Shown: positions 34,943 through 45,656, numbered from the stretch's first letter. The stretch: 64,000 nt of DNA from an uncultured Myxococcales bacterium (GCA_964480565.1 CAYZSU010000003.1:1415-65414), one strand, 5' to 3'. Notes: generated by a model not told the origin, from the letters alone. Numbers and translations are program-made.

Positions 34943-36088
34943 ATGAATCAAAAAAAATCCGTATTTTTAGATGAATGGCAGGTGAGTAAGTCGCCATTTT
35001 CCATTCCTATTAGTACTACATGCAATGTGAATTGCGTATTTTGTTCCAATCATAACAATCCCTTTGATGTTCATAATAACCTGTTTCGAGATATGGATGA
35101 TATTCGACATAACTTATCATTGCTATCGGAGCATGTGCCGTGGATTAATCTTAGTCAAAGTTTGCCTGGTCGTATTTCAGAGGGGGAAGCGATTATTCAT
35201 CCGCGTTTTTTTGATATTTTAGATCTCATTCGTGAGATGAAGGGCAATGATGTGGAGATTGTTATTTCCACTAATGGGTCTACCTTAACAGAGGATATGG
35301 TGCAGCGATTGAGCAAGTATGCACCGTTTACAATTAAAACTCTGTCGCTCAATTCTGCTAATTCAAAGCATTGGCAATCGCTGCATCGACGTGGGGATGA
35401 TGCGGCAAAACGAGCTATTTACGCGCCTCAATTACTCGATCACTATAAATTACCGTATTGGGCATCTATTGTATGTATGCCCAAGCTTACGGGATGGAAT
35501 GATATAGAATCCACAATTGCCTATTTATTGCCATATAATCCACAGGGTATTGCTTTGTTCTATTATGGCTGGAGTGATCAAACGCCGGAAGAATGGGGTA
35601 AGTTGCAGCATTATCCTATTGAGGAATTGTTTGAATTTGCCGCATCATTGCGAAAAAAATACTGCATTCAATTATCAGTAAGTCCGGATCCTCATGCGGA
35701 TTTGGATTTACCAAAAGGTGTGATGACAATTTTAAATAAAACCATGCACTATCAAAGGAAAAATGTGCTCTGGCTAAGCTCCATGCTATGTTATCAATTT
35801 ATTGCACAAAAAATTACACAATATAGTCAGCATACCTGGAATAATCATTGGGTGGTGGGCACAAAAAGTCATACCTATGGGGGAAATACATGCGTATGCG
35901 GATTATTGACTGTCACGGACTATATGCATGTGGCACGGCAATTTATCGCACAACAGCCGGATGTGGATTTAATTTTATTGCCAAGTATTAGCTTTGATAC
36001 TCAGGGATATGATTTACTGCATCAGCATTATAGCGATATACAGGATGCCTTGGGTGTTCAGGTGGTCATTGAGAGCTTTAGCGGGTAA
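34943..36088 (+). CDS. Radical SAM domain protein of unknown function (381 aa)
   Basis: TCNVNCVFCSN gives a Cx3Cx2C radical-SAM cluster motif near the N-terminus. Confidence 0.65.
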   Translation: MNQKKSVFLDEWQVSKSPFSIPISTTCNVNCVFCSNHNNPFDVHNNLFRDMDDIRHNLSLLSEHVPWINLSQSLPGRISEGEAIIHPRFFDILDLIREMKGNDVEIVISTNGSTLTEDMVQRLSKYAPFTIKTLSLNSANSKHWQSLHRRGDDAAKRAIYAPQLLDHYKLPYWASIVCMPKLTGWNDIESTIAYLLPYNPQGIALFYYGWSDQTPEEWGKLQHYPIEELFEFAASLRKKYCIQLSVSPDPHADLDLPKGVMTILNKTMHYQRKNVLWLSSMLCYQFIAQKITQYSQHTWNNHWVVGTKSHTYGGNTCVCGLLTVTDYMHVARQFIAQQPDVDLILLPSISFDTQGYDLLHQHYSDIQDALGVQVVIESFSG

Positions 36089-36283
36089 AAAAATGTGGTG
36101 AAATTATGTGAATTTTGTATATAAAATTCATTTTCAGTGTTTTTTTAAAAATCCAGTTATAAAATCTAAATATAAATTCAATAGTTAGCTCTATAATGTA
36201 TATGTATGATGATGGTTTATTCGGTTACGTCGAATAATTGATAAATATCGCAACTTTACGTCATATAAAACCGATAATAAGAT

Positions 36284-36838
36284 ATGGCTCATAAAACGGA
36301 TTATTACCATATATTAGGTGTATCTCCAAATGCCAATCAATCAGAAATTAAAAAGGCTTACCGGGATCGTATGTCTCAGGAACGGCTGCATCCAGACCTG
36401 GGTGGGAATGATGAGATGGCGAAGCAATTGGGAGAGGCATATGCGATATTATTGAATCCTTGTATGAGACAAGAGTACGATGCTAAATATCGAGAAATGC
36501 AAAAAAAGATATTTGAAAAGAGTGTTCAGTCATCTTGTTGTCGGCAAAAAGTACGATTGCAGTATGGAAAAACAACAAATGTGCATTATTTATTAAATGA
36601 TGAATGTCATCAAATGAAAATTTTAGATATGTCAGATGCAGGTGCTCGATTTGTAACAGCGAATAAATTGGATAAAAATCAGATTGTTCATATTAGGACA
36701 GATGATTTTAATGCGATTGCGCGTATTGTCTGGATAAAAGAAATAAAAAATTGGTTTGAAAGTGAATTTGAAGTTGGCATTATCTTTGATAAATTTAATC
36801 CAAATGATAAAGGGGTTTTACTGAAGTGTTCTGCCTGA
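36284..36838 (+). CDS. J-domain (DnaJ-like) / PilZ-domain fusion protein (184 aa)
   Basis: DYYHILGVSPNANQSEIKKAYR...LHPD (J-domain with HPD); C-terminal RQKVRL plus DMSDAGARF match the PilZ RxxxR / DxSxxG c-di-GMP-binding motifs. Confidence 0.65.
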   Translation: MAHKTDYYHILGVSPNANQSEIKKAYRDRMSQERLHPDLGGNDEMAKQLGEAYAILLNPCMRQEYDAKYREMQKKIFEKSVQSSCCRQKVRLQYGKTTNVHYLLNDECHQMKILDMSDAGARFVTANKLDKNQIVHIRTDDFNAIARIVWIKEIKNWFESEFEVGIIFDKFNPNDKGVLLKCSA

Positions 36839-36886
36839 TGAGCCTTTAGCAGATTATGGGTGTGCCCATTTCTGCTGAATTGAAAT

Positions 36887-36918
36887 AAAAAAAACCTGGC
36901 ATTTGCCAGGTTTTTTTT
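36887..36918. terminator. Bidirectional rho-independent terminator between convergent genes (A-run, CCTGGCA/TGCCAGG hairpin, T-run)
   Basis: aaaaaaaaCCTGGCatttGCCAGGtttttttt. Confidence 0.8.
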
Positions 36919-36936
36919 ATTAAATGAATTCCAAAA

Positions 36937-37212
36937 TTATTTGGATGCCCATTCGCGTAATTGCTTGCCAGCTTTGAAGCCAGGTACTTTACGTGCTTTA
37001 ATTTTGATTTCAGCGCCAGTCTGTGGGTTACGGCCTTTGCGGCTTTTACGACGTTTTACATAAAATGTGCCGAAATTAGTCAATGTGATTTTGTCATTCT
37101 TACGTAGACATTTTCCAATGTTGTTTGTGACGGAGTTGAGCAATTTTTCGGCTAGTGCTTTGGATACATCACAATCATTCGCGATATAAGTGATGAGTTC
37201 AGCTTTTGTCAT
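36937..37212 (-). CDS. hup: HU/IHF-family nucleoid DNA-binding protein
   Basis: MTKAELITYIA...FGTFYVKRRKSRKGRNPQTGAEIKI...KAGKQL is the HU fold signature. Confidence 0.85.
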   Translation of the reverse strand: MTKAELITYIANDCDVSKALAEKLLNSVTNNIGKCLRKNDKITLTNFGTFYVKRRKSRKGRNPQTGAEIKIKARKVPGFKAGKQLREWASK

Positions 37213-37652
37213 ATTTCCTCCCTTGTTTTATTATGACAGTTAAAAATCCCTATTACGCCTTCTTAATACTGAATTTACGTGAGCTAGCAATCGATGTCAA
37301 ATAAAAAACGCGGATAAGCTTATTTTTAAACGCTTTGCTGGATATGGATTTTATTCATATGGTTGGACTCTCAGGCGTTGTTTTTTTTAATGGCAGTCCC
37401 ATAATTGTCAAGAGGGTCAGTCATTTTCTATGCTGGGATTGTTGATAAATAGAAAATTTTAAACAATTTCACATTGTAGTATTTAAGTTATGATTGACTT
37501 TTATTTATAGCAAAGGCACTCTCTTTCTTCTCTTGCTGGAAATTGGTTTTCTAAAAAAATACCTATTTGATTCCAAGAGTTACCCTAAAAACAATCACTT
37601 TAATAAAAGTGTTTTTTTCAACAGTACTGAATAATAGATGTGTGGAGGCATT

Positions 37653-40094
37653 ATGAATCAAGCTGCAGAAATTGTTGCTGTGAATATTGAAGATGAAATG
37701 AAGAGTTCCTATCTGGATTATTCCATGAGCGTCATTATTGGCCGTGCAATTCCAGATGTAAGAGATGGCTTAAAACCCGTTCATCGCCGTATTTTATATG
37801 CGATGCTGCGCGAAGGATTGCTTGCGAATAAACGATTTTCAAAGTGTGCAGGTGTGGTGGGTGAAGTTTTAAAAAAATATCACCCGCATGGGGATTCGGC
37901 TGTATATGATACTTTGGTGCGCTTGGCTCAGGAATGGAATTTGCGGTATCCGCTCATTAATGGTCAAGGAAATTTTGGATCGATTGATGGTGATAGTGCT
38001 GCGGCTTATCGATATACAGAAGCAAAATTACATGCGATTGCAGAAGATTTGCTTGCAGATATTGACAAGGAAACCGTTGATTTTTCACCTAACTTTGATG
38101 ATACAACTCTTGAACCGTCTGTATTGCCATCGCGTATTCCTAATTTATTGATTAATGGATCGGATGGTATTGCCGTGGGTATGGCCACAAAAATTCCACC
38201 GCATAATTTGGGTGAAATACTGGAAGGATGTCTTAAATTAATCGATGCGCCAGACACCACGGTAGATGAGTTAATTGAAATTATTCCAGGCCCAGACTTT
38301 CCAACCGGTGCATTTATATATGGGAAAGAAGGCATTAAGGATGCCTATTCTACGGGGCGAGGTGGTATTAAATTACGTGCGAAAGCAGTGATTGAGCCTA
38401 TGGCTAGAGGTGATCGAGAAAGTATTGTGGTGACTGAAATTCCATATCAGGTCAATAAGGCACGGCTGATTGAACGTATTGCTGACTTGGTTAAAGATGG
38501 AAAAATAGAAGGAATTTCCGATATTCGCGATGAGTCAGATCGTGATGGTATGCGTATTGTTATGGAATTAAAACGCAATGTAGTGGCAGGTGTTGTATTA
38601 AACCAGCTTTACAAACATACTGCGATGCAAAATAGTTATGGAATTATTTTGTTGGCTATTGTGGGCGGACAGCCAAAAGTTATTAATTTAAAAGAAGCCT
38701 TAAACTTATTTATCGATCATCGCAAAGATGTTGTGACTCGTCGTACAACTTTTGAACTTCGAAAAGCCAAAGCACGCGCACATATTTTAGAGGGTTTGAA
38801 AATTGCTGTTGAAAATATCGACGCTGTGATTGCATTGATTAAACAATCAAAAGAGCCTGCCCAAGCGAAAGCCAGTTTAATTAAGAAGTTTAAGCTCAGT
38901 GATATTCAGGCACAGGCTATTTTAGACTTACGCTTACATCGATTGACAGGTCTTGAACGAAATAAAATTATTGAGGAGTATCAAACTATTTTGGCATTGA
39001 TTCAAAGCTTAGAAGATATTTTAGCAAGTGATATGAAAATATTTAATATCATCAAAGAAGAAATTTATGAGATTAAAGAAAAATATGCGGATAAACGCCG
39101 GACAGAATTAAAGCTGCGCACCAAAGAATTGGCAGTGGAGGATTTAATTCAAGAAGAAGAAATGATTGTTACCATGTCGCACCGTGGGTTTATTAAACGA
39201 AATCCGATTAGTATTTATAGGGCGCAGCGACGAGGTGGTCGTGGAAAACAAGGAACATCGCTTCGTGACGAGGATTTTGTTGTTAATTTATTCGTGGCAT
39301 CTACCCATGATTATGTGCTCGTATTTACAGGGTCTGGCAAGTTGTATTGGTTAAAAGTGCATGAAATTCCACAGGTGGGACGTACTGCAAAAGGACAATC
39401 CATTACGAATTTAATTAATATTACAACCAAAGATACAATTGCTGCAATTTTGCCTGTGCGTGAATTTTCTAAAGGATCTTATATAGTGATGACCACGCAA
39501 AACGGTGTTATTAAAAAAACGGATATTATGGTATTTTCTAAGCCACGGGCGGGCGGTATTATTGCGACGTCTATTGATACGGATGATAAGTTGATTTCCG
39601 TTAAATTAACCGATGGACAGCAGGAGATATTTTTGACTACACGCAATGGTCAAGCGATTCGATTTAATGAATCTGATATTCGCTCGATGGGGCGTACAGC
39701 ACGCGGTGTTCGTGCGATTACATTGAAAAATAATGACCGTGTCGTTGGCATGGAAGCTATATCCGGCGATGCGTCTATTCTAACTGTGACAGAAAAAGGT
39801 TATGGCAAACGTAGTCCTGTTGCGGGTTATCGCAGCCAATCCAGAGGTGGTTCAGGTCTTATTACAATAAAAGTTTCTGACCGAAATGGTCCTGTTGTCA
39901 ATGGTCTTCAGGTAACGGATCAGGATGATATTATGATTGTGACGGATCAGGGTAAAGTGATTCGTTCAAGTGCAAAAGGGGTATCAACGATCGGTCGCAA
40001 TACACAAGGTGTGCGATTAATTACGCTTGGTAATTCAGAGCGCGTTGCTAGTGTTGCCAAACTCGCAGAAAATGATACTGACGATGTTAAATAG
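37653..40094 (+). CDS. gyrA: DNA gyrase subunit A
   Basis: AAMRYTEAK-like AAAYRYTEAKL with the active-site Tyr; QRDR HPHGDSAVYDT; GyrA box QRRGGRGKQG; RBS ggagg before ATG 37653. Confidence 0.9.
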   Translation: MNQAAEIVAVNIEDEMKSSYLDYSMSVIIGRAIPDVRDGLKPVHRRILYAMLREGLLANKRFSKCAGVVGEVLKKYHPHGDSAVYDTLVRLAQEWNLRYPLINGQGNFGSIDGDSAAAYRYTEAKLHAIAEDLLADIDKETVDFSPNFDDTTLEPSVLPSRIPNLLINGSDGIAVGMATKIPPHNLGEILEGCLKLIDAPDTTVDELIEIIPGPDFPTGAFIYGKEGIKDAYSTGRGGIKLRAKAVIEPMARGDRESIVVTEIPYQVNKARLIERIADLVKDGKIEGISDIRDESDRDGMRIVMELKRNVVAGVVLNQLYKHTAMQNSYGIILLAIVGGQPKVINLKEALNLFIDHRKDVVTRRTTFELRKAKARAHILEGLKIAVENIDAVIALIKQSKEPAQAKASLIKKFKLSDIQAQAILDLRLHRLTGLERNKIIEEYQTILALIQSLEDILASDMKIFNIIKEEIYEIKEKYADKRRTELKLRTKELAVEDLIQEEEMIVTMSHRGFIKRNPISIYRAQRRGGRGKQGTSLRDEDFVVNLFVASTHDYVLVFTGSGKLYWLKVHEIPQVGRTAKGQSITNLINITTKDTIAAILPVREFSKGSYIVMTTQNGVIKKTDIMVFSKPRAGGIIATSIDTDDKLISVKLTDGQQEIFLTTRNGQAIRFNESDIRSMGRTARGVRAITLKNNDRVVGMEAISGDASILTVTEKGYGKRSPVAGYRSQSRGGSGLITIKVSDRNGPVVNGLQVTDQDDIMIVTDQGKVIRSSAKGVSTIGRNTQGVRLITLGNSERVASVAKLAENDTDDVK

Positions 40095-40887
40095 GTTATA
40101 TCTATTATATTGTATTGGAATTTTATTTTTTTTTATTGGAGGGATGTCCTGTTTGAGTAGTTTTGATGATGTATACTCGCGTGCTCAGTCGCTTGAAGGT
40201 GAGGGTAAGTATGCGGCATCTTTGAAGCAATATCAGAAATTAATGACAACATATCCCGCGCATAAAAAATTACCAGGGGTTGAGTACCGCATTGCTGTAC
40301 TTAGTGAACAGTTAATGAATGATGATCAATATGCCATATTATCCCATCAACGCATAATCGATAAATACCCATTAACACGTGCCAGTATTTTATCAAGGGA
40401 GCGCCTGGTAGAATATGCGGTGCAGTATAAGCAATGGGATAAAGCAGCTACGATACTTCAGAATTTAATGCATTTGGATGTGAAAAATGTCAGATATAAA
40501 GCCAAACAAGCGCAATTATATTGCTATGAAGGCAAGTTTGACCAATGTAGTTTAGAATTCATGGCATTGCTTGCCAATAAGGAACTCTCTGTTCGCATGA
40601 ATGAATGGCTGCATTTTCATTATGCATTGGCTGTTTTTTATAGCCAAAAAGAGCAGTTGCCATTGATTATTTCTACATTTAAAGAGTTTAATGATAAATT
40701 TCCATCTTCCACTTACCGCCTGGAAACGATGTTTTTTCTGGCATTGTGTTACGAGAATATGGGGCAGTTGGGAAAATCTAAACAAATTTTAGAAGATATT
40801 CAGACTGAGTACCCGAACCCAGATATGATTCAAAAACGACTGGATATTATTTCTCATTATGATCGGTATATGCAGAAGAGAAAATGA
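40084..40887 (+). CDS. TPR-repeat protein with N-terminal hydrophobic anchor (start uncertain; overlaps the gyrA stop)
   Basis: TPR-like helical repeats (YAASLKQYQKLMTTYP...); hydrophobic N-terminus LYLLYCIGILFFFIGG. Confidence 0.5.
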   Translation: MLNRLYLLYCIGILFFFIGGMSCLSSFDDVYSRAQSLEGEGKYAASLKQYQKLMTTYPAHKKLPGVEYRIAVLSEQLMNDDQYAILSHQRIIDKYPLTRASILSRERLVEYAVQYKQWDKAATILQNLMHLDVKNVRYKAKQAQLYCYEGKFDQCSLEFMALLANKELSVRMNEWLHFHYALAVFYSQKEQLPLIISTFKEFNDKFPSSTYRLETMFFLALCYENMGQLGKSKQILEDIQTEYPNPDMIQKRLDIISHYDRYMQKRK

Positions 40888-41060
40888 TGATCCAATTGAA
40901 AAAACGAGTATGTTGAACGATAAATATCTCGGGTATTTTTTAGATAATCCTAAAAATGAAATTTCTTTACACCGTGACAGATGACGTATATATGACGTTT
41001 CAATGAAATTATAATAATTCCTATTAAGAACGAACGGGTAAAAATAAAGGAGATTAAGCT

Positions 41061-41495
41061 ATGGCAATCGAACAAACATTTGGTATTATTAAACCAGATT
41101 CCTTAGAAAAGGGAGTTGTTGGGGATATTGTTAAATGTATTGATGAAGCAAATTTAAAAATTGTAGGCATGAAAATGATGCATATGGATGCGGAAAAAGC
41201 ACAAGGATTTTATGCAGTGCATAAGGAAAAGCCTTTTTTCGACAGCTTAATTGCATTTATGACATCCGGTCCTTGTGTGGTCATGGCTTTGGAAGGAAAT
41301 GAAGCCATTGTAACCTGGCGTAAAACAATGGGTGCGACCAATCCTGAGGAAGCAGAAGAAGGTACAATTCGTCGTGATTTTGGTACTAATATTGAGCGCA
41401 ATGCAGTGCATGGATCTGATGCTCCTGAAACTGCAAAAGTAGAATTGGCTTATTTTTTTGAAAATCATGAAATCGTTCAATATGAATGGATATGA
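41061..41495 (+). CDS. ndk: Nucleoside diphosphate kinase
   Basis: MAIEQTFGIIKPD...NAVHGSD (active-site His). Confidence 0.9.
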   Translation: MAIEQTFGIIKPDSLEKGVVGDIVKCIDEANLKIVGMKMMHMDAEKAQGFYAVHKEKPFFDSLIAFMTSGPCVVMALEGNEAIVTWRKTMGATNPEEAEEGTIRRDFGTNIERNAVHGSDAPETAKVELAYFFENHEIVQYEWI

Positions 41496-41607
41496 TTTAT
41501 AGATACTAAGTGTGATGATAGTTAAGACTCTGCATGTCTGCGGGGTCTTTCAATAATATCACTGCTAATAGTTTGAATATAAATTCGTATGTGTGGAAGA
41601 GGTTTTT

Positions 41608-42900
41608 ATGGTTCAAATGGATACATTGGTATCGCTATGTAAACGCCGAGGCATTATATTTCAATCCAGTGAGATATATGGCGGTATTAATGGGTTTTGG
41701 GATTTTGGCCCTGTGGGTGTGGAGCTTAAACGCCGCATCAAGGAATCCTGGTGGCGATATATGGTGACATCGCGCGATAATGTCGTTGGAGTGGATACAT
41801 CGATTATCTGTCATCCGCGTGTATGGGAAGCCTCAGGACATGTGAATAGCTTTAGCGATCCTATGGTGGATTGTAAATCATGTAAAAAACGTTTTCGTGC
41901 GGATGAGCCGGATTTACAACAAGGAGTTTGCCCCGCATGTAGTGGTGAGTTAACAGATCCAAAAGAATTTAACCTCATGTTTCATACTCAGGTGGGCGCG
42001 CGCAGTGACTCTGCATCCACCGCTTATTTGCGACCAGAAACATGTCAGCCAATTTTTGTACAATTCAAACAAATACAAGTGGCTAGTCGAAAAAAAGTCC
42101 CTTTTGGTATTGCTCAAATTGGAAAAGCCTTTCGTAATGAAATTACACCGCGTAATTTTATCTTTAGATCGCGTGAATTCGAGCAGATGGAGATGGAGTT
42201 TTTTACGCATGCAGATGAGTCGGAAAAATGGTTTGAGTTTTGGGTGAATGAACGATTTAGCTGGTTTTCATCCATTGGTATAAATGAATCACGTCTTCGA
42301 AGACGACCACATGATGCAAATGAACTGGCTCATTATGCAAAGGGATGCACGGATGTCGAGTATGAAATGCCATTTGGCTGGTCTGAGATGGAAGGTATTG
42401 CCAATCGATCAAACTATGATTTGCAGCAACATATGGATGCATCGGGTAAGGATATGATGTTCTTTGATGATGCGCGCAAAGAAAAATATCTGCCCTATGT
42501 AATTGAGACATCAATTGGTGTGGATCGTACAGCACTTGCTATACTTTGCGATGCGTATCGAGAAGAAACAGTCAATGATGGCAAGCGTGTTGTGCTAGGC
42601 CTTCACCCCAGCATTGCACCGATTCAAGTGGCGATGCTTCCTTTGTCAAATAAACTGAAAGATGCGGCCAAAAATATAGAAAAAGAATTGCGCAAAGAAT
42701 TTGTTAGCGAATATGACGATGCGGGATCTATTGGTAAGCGTTATCGCCGTCATGATGAAATTGGCACTCCCTTTTGTGTGACATTTGATTTTGATAGTTT
42801 AGATGATAATGCTGTAACAATACGCCATCGCGATACTATGGCACAGGAACGCATAGCGATGTCACAGCTTGCTGACTATTTACGAAAAAAATTAGTATAA
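41608..42900 (+). CDS. glyQS: Glycine-tRNA ligase, homodimeric alpha2 type
   Basis: N-terminus RRGIIFQSSEIYGGINGFWDFGPVGVELKRRIKESWW; class II motifs; single-gene form; RBS ggaaga before ATG 41608 (ORF track begins at GTG 41593). Confidence 0.85.
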   Translation: MVQMDTLVSLCKRRGIIFQSSEIYGGINGFWDFGPVGVELKRRIKESWWRYMVTSRDNVVGVDTSIICHPRVWEASGHVNSFSDPMVDCKSCKKRFRADEPDLQQGVCPACSGELTDPKEFNLMFHTQVGARSDSASTAYLRPETCQPIFVQFKQIQVASRKKVPFGIAQIGKAFRNEITPRNFIFRSREFEQMEMEFFTHADESEKWFEFWVNERFSWFSSIGINESRLRRRPHDANELAHYAKGCTDVEYEMPFGWSEMEGIANRSNYDLQQHMDASGKDMMFFDDARKEKYLPYVIETSIGVDRTALAILCDAYREETVNDGKRVVLGLHPSIAPIQVAMLPLSNKLKDAAKNIEKELRKEFVSEYDDAGSIGKRYRRHDEIGTPFCVTFDFDSLDDNAVTIRHRDTMAQERIAMSQLADYLRKKLV

Positions 42901-42960
42901 TTGTATGTCAATTCACTATATAACAACTGAAAGAAAAACATAATCAGGAAGGAGATTCAA

Positions 42961-45630
42961 ATGAATCAAAAGTATGTATACACATTTGGTGCAGGAACGG
43001 CTGAAGGAAATGCTAGCATGAAAAACTTGCTAGGTGGTAAAGGTGCTAATTTAGCGGAAATGAGTGGATTAGGAGTTCCTGTTCCTGCTGGGTTAACAGT
43101 AACAACTGAAGTATGTACACATTATTATGATAATAATAATAGCTATCCTTCGGAGTTGGAAACTCAAGTAAATAATGGTGTTAAAGCAATTGAAGAGGCC
43201 ATGGGTGCGACATTTGGTGATTCAAAAAATCCATTATTACTTTCAGTGCGCTCTGGTGCACGAGTGAGTATGCCGGGGATGATGGATACAGTGTTAAACT
43301 TGGGTTTAACCACGGAGACATTGCAAGGTTTGATTGAAAAAACAGATAATCCTCGCTTTGGTTACGATAGCTACCGTCGTTTTATTCAAATGTATTCGGG
43401 TGTGGTGATGGGAGTGAATTCTCATTTATTTGAAGAATCAATCGATGCATTAAAGGCAGATCGCGGCGTATCATTGGATACAGATTTAACTGCGGATGAT
43501 TTAAAAGTATTATGTGATAATTTTAAAGATATCGTGCGTAAAGAAACCAATACTGATTTCCCCAATAATGTGAACGATCAGCTATGGGGTGGTATTGGCG
43601 CTGTATTTAAATCATGGAATACAGAACGTGCTATAGAATATCGTCGTTTAAATAGCTACTCCGATGATTGGGGTACTGCTGTTAATATCCAATCCATGGT
43701 CTTTGGCAATATGGGCGATGATTGTGCAACAGGTGTGGCGTTTACGCGTGATCCATCCACAGGTGAAAATCAATTTTACGGTGAGTTTTTAATTAATGCA
43801 CAAGGTGAAGATGTGGTTGCCGGTGTGCGTACACCTCAACCAATTAATGTGCAGGCAAAAAAAGATGATGCAGAAGTATCACTCGAAGAAGCCATGCCAA
43901 CGCTTTATAATGAATTGGTGGCTATTTATCATAAGCTAGAAGATCATTATAAGGATATGCAGGATATTGAATTTACCATTCAGCAAAATAAATTATGGAT
44001 GCTGCAAACTCGTAGTGGTAAACGTACTGCTAAGTCTGCAGTTCGAATTGCAGTGGACATGGTTGCTGAAGGAATGATCGATAAGAACACAGCTATTATG
44101 CGCGTAGAACCTACGCAACTCGATCAATTGCTTCACCCAACCATTGATCCAACGATTAAGCGTGAAGTGGTAGGTAAAGGTCTTCCTGCATCACCAGGTG
44201 CGGCAGTTGGTAAGGTTGTCTTTACTGCAGAGGATGCGGAAAAATGGCATAATGATGGCAGTAAAGTCATTTTGGTTCGATTGGAAACATCCCCAGATGA
44301 TATTAAAGGCATGATTGTTGCTCAAGGTATTTTAACTGCTCGTGGCGGCATGACATCACATGCAGCAGTGGTTGCGCGTGGTATGGGTACATGCTGTGTG
44401 GCAGGATGCTCAGAGTTGTCAGTGGATTCGAAAGAAAAGAAAGCAACATTGGCGGGTATTAATTTAAATGAAGGTGATGTTATTACGCTGGATGGTTCTA
44501 CAGGTGAGATTATGCTGGGTGAATTAAAAACAGTGCAACCAGAAATGACAGGTCAATTCGGTGAATATATGGAATGGGTGGATGAGGTCCGGCAATTAAA
44601 AGTACGTACCAATGCAGATACACCACATGATTCAGAAGTGGCTTTGAAATTTGGTGCCGAAGGTATTGGCCTTTGTCGTACAGAACATATGTTCTTTGAA
44701 GGCGATCGAATTGCTGCAGTGCGCGAGATGATTTTAGCTGGTAACTTAGAAGGTCGTAAACATGCATTGGCAAAGATTCTACCTATGCAAAAAACAGATT
44801 TTAAAGGGATTTTCAAAGTGATGGATGGTCTACCAGTGACAGTGCGTTTATTGGATCCACCATTACATGAATTCTTGCCTCATACGGATGAGGATATGCA
44901 GGCATTGGCTAAGGTAATGGATGTATCCGTGGATACGCTCAAAGCCAAAGCTGAAGAGCTTCATGAATTCAATCCTATGCTCGGCCATCGCGGCTGTCGC
45001 TTGGGTGTGACATATCCTGAAATTTATGCCATGCAAACGCAAGCTATTATGGAAGCCGCATGTGAACTCGTTAAAGAGGGTAATGTAACGGTAATTCCTG
45101 AAATTGAAATTCCTTTAGTGGGTCATGTGAATGAGCTTAAGGAAATGCGTGCGGTATGCGAAACAGTATGTAATGAAGTCATGGCAAGTTATGGTGTTAA
45201 AGTGAACTATACCATTGGTACAATGATTGAATTACCGCGTGCATGCATGACGGCAGATGAAATTGCCAAACATGCGGATTTCTTTAGTTTTGGCACCAAT
45301 GATTTAACTCAAACCACATTTGGTTATTCACGTGATGATGCAGGGCGATTTATCAGTGAGTATACAGAGAATAAAGTCTTAGAATCAGATCCATTTGTAA
45401 CCATTGATCAAAACGGTGTTGGCAAACTCATGAAAATTGGCGTGGAAATGGGCCGCAAAGTAAACCCAAATATGGAAATTGGTATTTGTGGGGAACATGG
45501 TGGTGAAGCAGAATCCGTTGAATTCTGTCATCGCATTGGGCTTGATTTTGTGAGCTGCTCACCTTATCGCGTACCAATTGCACGATTGGCCGCAGCACAA
45601 GCAGTGCTTCGCGAAAAGCTAAATAGCTAA
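42961..45630 (+). CDS. ppdK: Pyruvate, phosphate dikinase
   Basis: GGKGANLAEM; phospho-His loop GGMTSHAAVVARGMG; CRTEHMFF; 889 aa. Confidence 0.9.
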   Translation: MNQKYVYTFGAGTAEGNASMKNLLGGKGANLAEMSGLGVPVPAGLTVTTEVCTHYYDNNNSYPSELETQVNNGVKAIEEAMGATFGDSKNPLLLSVRSGARVSMPGMMDTVLNLGLTTETLQGLIEKTDNPRFGYDSYRRFIQMYSGVVMGVNSHLFEESIDALKADRGVSLDTDLTADDLKVLCDNFKDIVRKETNTDFPNNVNDQLWGGIGAVFKSWNTERAIEYRRLNSYSDDWGTAVNIQSMVFGNMGDDCATGVAFTRDPSTGENQFYGEFLINAQGEDVVAGVRTPQPINVQAKKDDAEVSLEEAMPTLYNELVAIYHKLEDHYKDMQDIEFTIQQNKLWMLQTRSGKRTAKSAVRIAVDMVAEGMIDKNTAIMRVEPTQLDQLLHPTIDPTIKREVVGKGLPASPGAAVGKVVFTAEDAEKWHNDGSKVILVRLETSPDDIKGMIVAQGILTARGGMTSHAAVVARGMGTCCVAGCSELSVDSKEKKATLAGINLNEGDVITLDGSTGEIMLGELKTVQPEMTGQFGEYMEWVDEVRQLKVRTNADTPHDSEVALKFGAEGIGLCRTEHMFFEGDRIAAVREMILAGNLEGRKHALAKILPMQKTDFKGIFKVMDGLPVTVRLLDPPLHEFLPHTDEDMQALAKVMDVSVDTLKAKAEELHEFNPMLGHRGCRLGVTYPEIYAMQTQAIMEAACELVKEGNVTVIPEIEIPLVGHVNELKEMRAVCETVCNEVMASYGVKVNYTIGTMIELPRACMTADEIAKHADFFSFGTNDLTQTTFGYSRDDAGRFISEYTENKVLESDPFVTIDQNGVGKLMKIGVEMGRKVNPNMEIGICGEHGGEAESVEFCHRIGLDFVSCSPYRVPIARLAAAQAVLREKLNS

Positions 45631-45656
45631 TCATTTAGTAACATATTTAATAACAA

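Noticed and set aside
37653-40094. Fluoroquinolone-resistance substitutions in the GyrA QRDR
   Set aside because: The motif reads HPHGDSAVYDT, that is Ser and Asp at the positions equivalent to E. coli 83 and 87. This is wild-type and not a resistance allele.
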